A DNA stretch of 32,693 nucleotides from Myxococcales bacterium (GTDB taxonomy: Bacteria > Myxococcota > Myxococcia > Myxococcales > 40CM-4-68-19). Where the stretch lies: NCBI GenBank assembly GCA_045802765.1, contig JBJMQJ010000217.1, forward strand, positions 1 through 32,693. The letters are read 5' to 3'. The notes below the pieces were generated by a model. It ran no database searches. It was not told where the DNA came from and worked only from the letters and a program-made list of their open reading frames with translations. A program made the position numbers and the translations under genes. Numbering within the stretch: the first letter of the stretch is position 1; each line of letters starts with the position of its first letter. Positions 26,666 through 32,693 of this stretch are shown here, in pieces.

Positions 26666-27420
26666 GCGGCCCGCTCCAGGCTGAACTCGCGCTCGCCCGC
26701 GGAGGAGAGAATCGCAAGCCCTCCCAGGCCCGCAGCCACGGCCGCCGCCGCGGCGGCGGCGTGCGACGCGAGGACGCCGCTGCTCCGCGCCAGCTCGGCG
26801 CGCGCGCCCGACGCCTCCGCGAAGGAGACGGGCCGAAGCTCGAATCCGGGCATCGCGCTGCGCAGCGGCAGCTCGGGCAGCTCCAGGTCCGCGGCGACCA
26901 GCGCGATGCCGCGCACCTGCGGCCAACGCGTCCGGACGGCCTGCAGCGTCCCGAGCAAGGCGGCCGTCGCGCCTGCGGGTCCGACCACCGCGGCCGGAGC
27001 CGAACGGAGATCGGCGAGGACCTCGGCGCCCAGCGTGCGCGCGCACTCGGCCGCCGCCCTGGGCCCGTCGAGCGGAGGAAGCAAGGTGCCGGGCAGGTCG
27101 CGCGCGCGGTGCATGGCCGCCTCGCGCGACGGCGCCTGCTCGAACCGGGCGCCCCAGACCCGAAGGGCCTCGCGCATCTCGTGCGAGATCGCGCCGTGCA
27201 CCGCGACCGCGAGCTGCACCCCGTGCCGGCGGGCCCAGCCGGCGGCCGCGAGGGCGCCTCCGGCGGTTGCCGCCAGCGAGGCCTGCGCGCCGCGCGCAAG
27301 GTCCGGAAGAATGCCCAGCGCGCGGTCGTCGGCGCCCCCGCTGGGGAGGAGCGACTCCAGCTTGAGCAGCGCGCCGCGCCAGCGCAGAACTGGCGTGGGT
27401 CGCTGCAACAGGTCGTCCAT
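26662..27420 (-). CDS. fold-type-II PLP enzyme homologue (CysK/CysM-like) lacking the Schiff-base lysine; probable pseudoenzyme
   Basis: These are the last 252 codons of track ORF 26662..29154. ATG at 27420 has GGAGG 7 nt upstream. PTPVLRW..LLKLESLLPSGGADDRAL aligns to TPMVRL..WAKLDWLNPGGSVKDRAG of the neighbouring CysM. TAGGALAAAGW aligns to TSGNTGIAYAW. Confidence 0.65.
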   Translation of the reverse strand: MDDLLQRPTPVLRWRGALLKLESLLPSGGADDRALGILPDLARGAQASLAATAGGALAAAGWARRHGVQLAVAVHGAISHEMREALRVWGARFEQAPSREAAMHRARDLPGTLLPPLDGPRAAAECARTLGAEVLADLRSAPAAVVGPAGATAALLGTLQAVRTRWPQVRGIALVAADLELPELPLRSAMPGFELRPVSFAEASGARAELARSSGVLASHAAAAAAAVAAGLGGLAILSSAGEREFSLERAA

Positions 27421-27459
27421 CCACTGGCCTCCGCGAGCGCCGCAGAATAAGGATGCGCC

Positions 27460-27756
27460 ATGAGGGCTGCAAGAACCGCCGTCCTGCTGCTCGCCGCCTG
27501 CCGCGCCTCGCCTCCTTCGTCGCCACCGCCGGCGGCGGCGCCCGACGGGCAGGCCGTCTCCTGCGTCGAGCAGTGGCTGGCGCAGCGGGACCTGAACCAG
27601 TACGGAGACCCGCTCGGAACCATGTACGCGGGAGGCACGCCGCTGTTCGACGAGAGAACGGGGCAGACGACCGACCGGATGCGTTACCTCGTGCGCAAGC
27701 ACCCGGAGCTTCAACAGGCCTGCCCAGCGGAAGTCCTGAAGGCGCACGCCCCTTAG
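27460..27756 (+). CDS. small hypothetical lipoprotein
   Basis: 98 aa. The N-terminus MRAARTAVLLLAACRASPP contains an L-A-A-C lipobox. It is divergent from the sulfur-carrier operon, with only 39 bp between the start codons. Confidence 0.6.
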   Translation: MRAARTAVLLLAACRASPPSSPPPAAAPDGQAVSCVEQWLAQRDLNQYGDPLGTMYAGGTPLFDERTGQTTDRMRYLVRKHPELQQACPAEVLKAHAP

Positions 27757-27843
27757 GTGTTCCGCCCGCGGCGCGACCGCCAAGCGTCGGCCGCCTGGCG
27801 CCCGACATTGCTCCTCTTCGTTCGCCGCTGCTAGCATCGGCGC

Positions 27844-29163
27844 GTGAGGGGGTCTTCCGCGGCGGTGCTCGGGTCGGAACGGACCGGCGCTCTGGCGTCC
27901 GGTCCGGCCGAATCGAGCAGCTCGGGCTTCGTCGAGGACCGGTTCCTCACCCGCGCCCGCGGGCTGTTCTACGCGCGAATCGCCTTCCTCGCGCTGGGCC
28001 TCGGCGTGATCGGCGTACCGGGATGGTCGCAGTCGTTCGGCGTGGGCGGCGGGGCCGCGTTCGCGGTGTTCGTGGCCATGGTCGGCTACACGGCGGCCAA
28101 TTACTGGCTCATCGGCCGCCCGCGTCTGGGCCGCGCAGTCACCTTCGTCACCCTCTGCTGCGACTTGTGCGTGCTGGTCTGGGTGGTCTCGATGACCGGC
28201 GGGCTGCGCAGCCCGCTGCTCGCCGCGCAGCTGCTCTTCACCACGCTGTTCGTGCTCCTGTTTCCCTCGCCCTTCGCGGTCGTGCCGCCCATCCTGACGT
28301 TTCCAGCGGTCGCCAAGCTCGATCAGCTCCTCGGCGGCCGCGCGGTGGTGCAGTTCGATCTCTTCATCCTGCTCTGGTACTCGGCGATCAACTGCATCCT
28401 CGTGTACCTGATGGTCTACTTGAACGAACGGGACCGGGCGCGCCACCGCGACCTGCAGCGCCTGCACCGCGCGGTGCGCGAGATGGCGGTGGTCGAGGAG
28501 CGCAACCGCCTGGCGCGCGAGATCCACGACGGGCTCGGCGGGGTGCTCAGCAGCGTGGTCATCCAGAGCGAGTACCTCTTGAACATGATCGACGGAAGCG
28601 AGGTGCGCGCCCGGCTCACCGGCTCGAGCGAGTCGCGCGCCACCCTGCTGCCCGTCATCCGCAAGGAGCTGTCCGATCTGCACGGCGCGGCGGAGGACTC
28701 GATGGACGAGCTGCGCCGCTCGCTGCGCATGATGCAGGAGAACTTCGACCTCGTCTCCGCGCTGCAAGACTACTGCAAGGTCGCGGCGGGACGGCATCGC
28801 CTGGAGGTCCGCTTCACCCGCGCCGGGCGCGAGCGATCCGTCCGGCCCGAGAGCGCGCTCGCGCTCTTTCGCGTCCTGCAGGAAAGCCTCACCAACGTCG
28901 CCAAGCACTGCGGGCGGGGCACCGAGGTCGACGTGGCGCTCGCCTTCGGAGCGGGCACCGCGGTGGTCTGCGTCCAGGACCATGGTCCCGGGTTCCTCCT
29001 TCCTACCGATGGCGCCGAGCTCTCGCGGAAGGGACACTTCGGCTTGGAGAACATGCGCGAGCGGGCCACCAAGGTCGGGGGCACCCTGCAGCTGTCCTCG
29101 GCGCCCGGCCGCGGAACGCGCGTCGAGCTGACCGTCCACGCCGGAGAGGAGCAAGCCAGATGA
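27844..29163 (+). CDS. membrane sensor histidine kinase, HisKA_3 (NarX/DesK-type)
   Basis: 439 aa with about 5 N-terminal TM segments. The HisKA_3 H-box is EERNRLAREIHDGLGGVLSSV. The HATPase region reads LQESLTNVAKH...VQDHGPGF...GHFGLENMRERA. Confidence 0.9.
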   Translation: MRGSSAAVLGSERTGALASGPAESSSSGFVEDRFLTRARGLFYARIAFLALGLGVIGVPGWSQSFGVGGGAAFAVFVAMVGYTAANYWLIGRPRLGRAVTFVTLCCDLCVLVWVVSMTGGLRSPLLAAQLLFTTLFVLLFPSPFAVVPPILTFPAVAKLDQLLGGRAVVQFDLFILLWYSAINCILVYLMVYLNERDRARHRDLQRLHRAVREMAVVEERNRLAREIHDGLGGVLSSVVIQSEYLLNMIDGSEVRARLTGSSESRATLLPVIRKELSDLHGAAEDSMDELRRSLRMMQENFDLVSALQDYCKVAAGRHRLEVRFTRAGRERSVRPESALALFRVLQESLTNVAKHCGRGTEVDVALAFGAGTAVVCVQDHGPGFLLPTDGAELSRKGHFGLENMRERATKVGGTLQLSSAPGRGTRVELTVHAGEEQAR

Positions 29164-29873
29164 ACGTCGCGCCCGCGAGACAGGGCCAGAAGATCAAGGT
29201 GGTGGTGGTCGAGGACCAGCCGCCGGTGCTCAAGAACCAGCTGAAGATCCTCCAGGACGCGCCCGAGATCGAGGTGGTCGGCACCGCCCTCTCCGGCGAG
29301 GCGGCGCTGACGCTGCTGGAAAAGCAGCAGCCCGACGTGGTCCTCCAGGACCTGGGGCTGCCGCGCATGAGCGGGATCGAAGTGACGCGCGAGGTGAAGC
29401 GGCGCTGGCCGGGCGTCGAGGTCCTGATCTTCACCATCTTCGACGAGGAGGAGAAGGTGATCGAGGCGGTGAAGGCGGGCGCCTCCGGCTACCTCCTCAA
29501 AGGCGCCACGGGCGAGAAGGTGATCGACGCCATCCGCGAGGTGAACGCGGGAGGCACCGTGATCCAGCCGAACCTCGCGCGGCGGCTGCTGCGGCATTTC
29601 CGCGTGCCGGAGGATGCGAATGCTCCTCCCCAGCCCGAGGCGTTGCCGCCCGGCATCCGCGAGGAACCGCCCATCCGCCCACTCACCGTGCGCGAGATCG
29701 AGATCCTGCGGCTCATCGCGAAGGGGCTCTCCAACAACGAGGCTGCGCGCGTGCTGGGCCTCTCGCGGGCCACGGTACGCACCCACCTCGAGCACATCTA
29801 CCAGAAGCTCGAGGTCACCAATCGCGTCGAGGCGGTCACCGAAGGGCTGCGCAAGGGCCTCATCGAGATGTAG
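29160..29873 (+). CDS. response regulator, NarL/LuxR family
   Basis: The ATG overlaps the kinase stop (ATGA at 29160-29163). The receiver reads KVVVVEDQPPVL...VVLQDLGLPRMSG. The HTH reads LTVREIEILRLIAKGLSNNEAARVLGLSRATVRTHLEHIYQKLEV. Confidence 0.9.
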   Translation: MNVAPARQGQKIKVVVVEDQPPVLKNQLKILQDAPEIEVVGTALSGEAALTLLEKQQPDVVLQDLGLPRMSGIEVTREVKRRWPGVEVLIFTIFDEEEKVIEAVKAGASGYLLKGATGEKVIDAIREVNAGGTVIQPNLARRLLRHFRVPEDANAPPQPEALPPGIREEPPIRPLTVREIEILRLIAKGLSNNEAARVLGLSRATVRTHLEHIYQKLEVTNRVEAVTEGLRKGLIEM

Positions 29874-29924
29874 GTGTGACCTCGCGCGGGTTCGCGACTC
29901 TCTGAGACAACTCGGAGGTCGTCC

Positions 29925-31256
29925 ATGACCGTGCCTCGCCTGCCTTCCGCGCCGCTCGTCTCTCTGCTGGCGCTGTCGTTGTCGGCCTGCAGCAGCAGCA
30001 ACAACGCGGCTCCCCCTCCCGCGGACGCGGTCAAAACGTCGGCCGCCACCCTCATTGACGAGGGGCGGCAGACCTTCCGCTTCGAGACTTTCGCAGACGA
30101 AGGGTTCTGGGGCGACACGCTGAAGATCCACCAGGCGCTGGAGGGGTCGGCGCGCGGCGGCGTCGGCGGCGGCGTGAGCCCGGCGACGGCGCTCGCGGTC
30201 GGCTTGAAGGTCGACTCCGAGGTGCTCCCGGCATCGCTCGTCAATGACCTGAAGGCGAACCGGGTCAACCTGAACGACCCGGCGGTGACACTGGCGCTGC
30301 TCGATCTCGGCGCGGTGGTCGGCGTCAAGGGATTCTCGAACGGCGCGGGCGGACTGCAGCGGGTCGGCATCACCTGCGCGCTCTGCCACTCCACCGTGGA
30401 CGACTCCTTCGCGCCCGGCATCGGGAAGCGCCTCGACGGCTGGCCCAACCGCGACCTCAACGTGGGCGCAATCGTCAACCTGTCCCCGGACCTGAGCGCG
30501 GTCGCGACCCTGCTCGGGGTTCCGGAAGCGACGGTGCGGACCGTCCTGACGAGCTGGGGCCCGGGCAAGTTCGACGCGGCGGTGTTCCTCGACCGCAAGA
30601 CGCAGAATCCGACGACCGGAACCTCCTCGGCCACGCTGATCCCGCCCGCGTTCGGCCTGCGCGGCGTGAACCTGCACACCTTCACGGGATGGGGATCGTT
30701 GACCCAGTGGAACGCGTTCGTCGCAAACCTCGAGATGCACGGCGTCGGGCACTACACCGACACGCGCCTGGACGACGCTGCGAAGTACCCGGTTGCGGCG
30801 GCGGCCGGGATGGGGCACACCAAACCGCCGGCCGGTGCGGCCGATCAGGTGACGCCGAAGCTGGGCGCGCTCGAGTTCTACCAGCTCGCTCTCGACGCGC
30901 CGACGCCTGCCGCGGGCAGCTTCGATGCCACCGCCGCGGGCCGCGGGAAGACGCTCTTCGAAGGCGCGGCGAAGTGCGCGGCGTGCCACGTGCCGCCGAC
31001 CTACACGGATGCCGGCTGGAACATGCATTCCGCCGCGGAGATCGGGATCGACGATTTCCAAGCGAAGCGCTCGCCGGACGAGAAGTACCGGACGACCCCG
31101 CTGCGCGGCCTGTTCGCGCACGCGAAGGGCGGCTTCTACCACGATGGCCGCTTCGCGACGCTCGACGAGGTCGTCGGCCATTACGACACGGCGTTGACCC
31201 TCGGACTCACGCCGGCGCAGCGCTCCGACCTGGTCGAGTACCTCAAGTCGCTCTGA
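29925..31256 (+). CDS. di-haem cytochrome c peroxidase / MauG-like lipoprotein
   Basis: The lipobox region is LLALSLSACSSS. The two haem-binding motifs are CALCH and CAACH. The C-terminal CCP-like signature is TPLRGLFAHAKGGFYHDGRFATLDEVVGHYD. Confidence 0.8.
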   Translation: MTVPRLPSAPLVSLLALSLSACSSSNNAAPPPADAVKTSAATLIDEGRQTFRFETFADEGFWGDTLKIHQALEGSARGGVGGGVSPATALAVGLKVDSEVLPASLVNDLKANRVNLNDPAVTLALLDLGAVVGVKGFSNGAGGLQRVGITCALCHSTVDDSFAPGIGKRLDGWPNRDLNVGAIVNLSPDLSAVATLLGVPEATVRTVLTSWGPGKFDAAVFLDRKTQNPTTGTSSATLIPPAFGLRGVNLHTFTGWGSLTQWNAFVANLEMHGVGHYTDTRLDDAAKYPVAAAAGMGHTKPPAGAADQVTPKLGALEFYQLALDAPTPAAGSFDATAAGRGKTLFEGAAKCAACHVPPTYTDAGWNMHSAAEIGIDDFQAKRSPDEKYRTTPLRGLFAHAKGGFYHDGRFATLDEVVGHYDTALTLGLTPAQRSDLVEYLKSL

Positions 31257-31260
31257 CGCT

Positions 31261-31273
31261 GGTCCGGGGGACC
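31261..31273. terminator. short hairpin GGTCC-GGG-GGACC between convergent genes
   Basis: It lies in the 16-nt gap between the peroxidase stop (31256) and the minus-strand stop (31273-31275), overlapping the latter by 1 nt. The stem is only 5 bp with no U tract, so this is a weak call. Confidence 0.2.
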
Positions 31274-31548
31274 TAGACGGAGAACTTGAAAGGCGCGCGG
31301 TCGACGAAAAGCGTCTCCGACTTCCGCGAAGCGCCCGAGTCGTCCTTGACCACGAAATAGAAGTGGCACTCGTTCCCCGTGGCCGCGTCGACGGGGATCT
31401 CGAGCTTCACTTTCTGCTTCACCGCCGCGGAGGCCTGCACGTCGAGCTTCTTCACCGATTTGTCCTGCGAAGGATCGGCCGACTGGGCCCAGATCTCGAC
31501 CTTGAGCGAGCCCTTCGGGTTCTTGCACTCGATTGCGAGCTCGACCTC
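31273..31548 (-). other. 91-codon in-frame coding continuation downstream of the PAAR gene TAG (beta-rich C-terminal domain)
   Basis: It is in the same frame as 31549..32094. The translation is EVELAIECKNPKGSLKVEIWAQSADPSQDKSVKKLDVQASAAVKQKVKLEIPVDAATGNECHFYFVVKDDSGASRKSETLFVDRAPFKFSV. The track reports only the last 60 codons (GTG 31455). The 31 codons before that have G/C in the third position in 27 of 31. Confidence 0.6.
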
Positions 31549-32094
31549 CTACCCGTTGAGCGCGCGCTGCACGGTCCAGCGCGCCGCGGAGATGCTGGGG
31601 GCTTTCTCGTCCTTCTTCTCGTCCTTGGCGAGGTCCTCGCTACCTTTGTGGTCGGTGCCCGCCTCGTGCGAATCGGACGCGGCCTCCGCCCGCGGCTTGG
31701 TGACCTGCGCCGCCTGCTCCAGCAGGATCTTGAGCGCGTTGATGATGGCGGCGCCCAGGCCCTGGGCATCGGCGCCGTCGTCGATGAAGACGTCGGGCGA
31801 CCCTTCGATGATGGGCCCCGAGCCGCCGCAGTGCTGCGTCTTGTCGTTCATGCGGGCGAACGGCTTGCCGTTCACGTAGACCGTCGGCGATCCCTTGGCG
31901 ACCTTGAACGTGTTCGGGCCGCAGCAGGCGGCGTGGATCCCGATGTCGTCCTGGCGCGCCGCCCCGCGGTCGTTCACCAGCACGTTGGTGGAGGCGGCCA
32001 CGATGGGCCCCACGCCCGGGTGCGGGCAGGCGGGGCAACCGTGCGCGTCCTGGTCGACCTGCGCGTGGTCTCCGAGGCGGGCGGCGGCGGGCAT
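31549..32094 (-). CDS. PAAR-domain protein (T6SS spike-tip family) with a charged linker; ends at an in-frame TAG
   Basis: 181 aa. It begins MPAAARLGDHAQVDQDAHGCPACPHPG. Further PAAR-like repeats are NDRGAARQDD and NGKPFARMND. AAGGAG lies 9 nt upstream of the ATG. Confidence 0.8.
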   Translation of the reverse strand: MPAAARLGDHAQVDQDAHGCPACPHPGVGPIVAASTNVLVNDRGAARQDDIGIHAACCGPNTFKVAKGSPTVYVNGKPFARMNDKTQHCGGSGPIIEGSPDVFIDDGADAQGLGAAIINALKILLEQAAQVTKPRAEAASDSHEAGTDHKGSEDLAKDEKKDEKAPSISAARWTVQRALNG

Positions 32095-32221
32095 CGGGCA
32101 GCGCTCCTTCCGGCGGACGGATCGATTTTACCATGCGCAAGCCTGGCCGGAAAGCAGCCGGGGCGGCGCCAGGAGGAAACGCTTGCGCCACCTCGGCCGT
32201 TCTGTGTACGGTTCGCGCCCC

Positions 32222-32650
32222 ATGTACGGCGTCATCATCGCGGTTCACGTGCTCGTGAGCCTGTTCCTGATCTTCGTCATCCTGCTGCAGCCCGGGCGCG
32301 CCGACGGCATGGCCGCCTTCGGCGGCGGCGGCGGCGCGAGCAGCGTCTTCGGCGGCCGCGGCTCGGTGACGTTCCTCGCCAAGGTGACCGAGGTGTGCGC
32401 GGCCATCTTCATGATCACCTCGCTCACGCTGGCGTACCGGTCCTCGCACAGCGATTCGGTGCTGCGCACGCGGCGCAACATCGCCGCGCAGGAAGCCGCG
32501 CAGAAGCAGGCCCCCGCGAAACCGCCGCTTCCGACCGGTCAGACCGCGCCTGCGCCCGCCTCGGGCTGGTCCGCCGTCCCGGTCCCGGGCGATCAGGCAG
32601 GAGGCCCGGCCGCGCCTTCGGAGACCCCGCCCGCGCAGCAGCCCGCCTAG
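32222..32650 (+). CDS. secG: preprotein translocase subunit SecG with a Pro/Ala-rich C-terminal extension
   Basis: I use the internal ATG at 32222 in track ORF 31895..32650. The product reads MYGVIIAVHVLVSLFLIFVILLQPGRADGMAAFGGGGGASSVFGGRGSVTFLAKVTEVCAAIFMITSLTLAY. Confidence 0.85.
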   Translation: MYGVIIAVHVLVSLFLIFVILLQPGRADGMAAFGGGGGASSVFGGRGSVTFLAKVTEVCAAIFMITSLTLAYRSSHSDSVLRTRRNIAAQEAAQKQAPAKPPLPTGQTAPAPASGWSAVPVPGDQAGGPAAPSETPPAQQPA

Positions 32651-32693
32651 GGCGACGCGTCGTAGGCGCCGCCGCCGGCGAAGCCCGACCCGA
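32647..32693 (-). CDS. possible 3' end of a convergent gene (window-truncated)
   Basis: The minus frame reads GSGFAGGGAYDASP-stop with G/C at every third position. Its stop shares the CCTAGG palindrome with the secG stop. It is too short to identify. Confidence 0.3.
   Translation of the reverse strand, partial: GSGFAGGGAYDASP

Noticed and set aside
27421-29154. Upstream 578 aa of track ORF 26662..29154, and ORF 28770..31181 (-, 803 aa)
   Set aside because: They are antisense to the HisKA_3 kinase, the NarL regulator and the peroxidase, all of which have strong motifs. The translations are Arg/Gly-rich with no domains.
31273-31455. The 60-aa track ORF as an independent small gene
   Set aside because: The frame is open, and coding-like, for 31 further codons upstream, right up to the PAAR gene stop in the same frame. 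Treating it as a stand-alone 60-aa gene would cut a predicted beta-domain. It is reported instead as a continuation.

Overview
High-GC (roughly 70% by eye) bacterial chromosomal segment. About 35 protein-coding genes are supported. I found no rRNA, tRNA, CRISPR array, transposase or integrase. The gene content suggests a Myxococcota-like organism (inference only): PrkA kinase, Trp-rich secreted protein, Ig/Kelch lipoprotein, many two-component systems and a histone-H1-like basic tail. Because of the GC content, most long ORFs in the six-frame track are off-frame or antisense artefacts. Calls rest on recognisable motifs, start/stop coupling and third-position GC. In window order the content is: an NtrC-type regulator (edge-truncated, absent from the ORF track) with a degenerate kinase; a 1039-aa Ig-repeat/Kelch lipoprotein; a TPR protein; dCMP deaminase; an S1 protease; a histidine kinase (HK) with a LuxR-type response regulator (RR); PrkA divergent from a lidless Hsp70; an M19 dipeptidase; a flippase-like membrane protein with a Trp-rich secreted protein; clpX; truA; larE; a hybrid HK-Hpt with an RR-GGDEF; an APS-kinase-like gene; a sulfur-carrier operon; a lipoprotein; a HisKA_3 HK with a NarL-type RR; a di-haem peroxidase lipoprotein; an orphan PAAR gene; secG. 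The most interesting items are these. (1) A tightly coupled six-gene E1 / ubiquitin-like carrier / JAMM / CysM operon (23927-27420) has each enzyme accompanied by a degenerate paralogue: a lysine-less PLP-fold protein and a truncated E1-like ORF. (2) A (GGCTGGC)n heptanucleotide tandem repeat occurs at two loci, and at one of them a one-unit gain would fuse the E1-like ORF to CysM. (3) A PAAR gene shows coding signal running straight through an in-frame TAG. (4) An APS-kinase-like protein has altered substrate motifs and an H1-like tail. (5) prkA and a lidless hsp70 have start codons 17 bp apart on opposite strands. Coordinates derive from the ORF track by residue counting. No database search or statistic was run.
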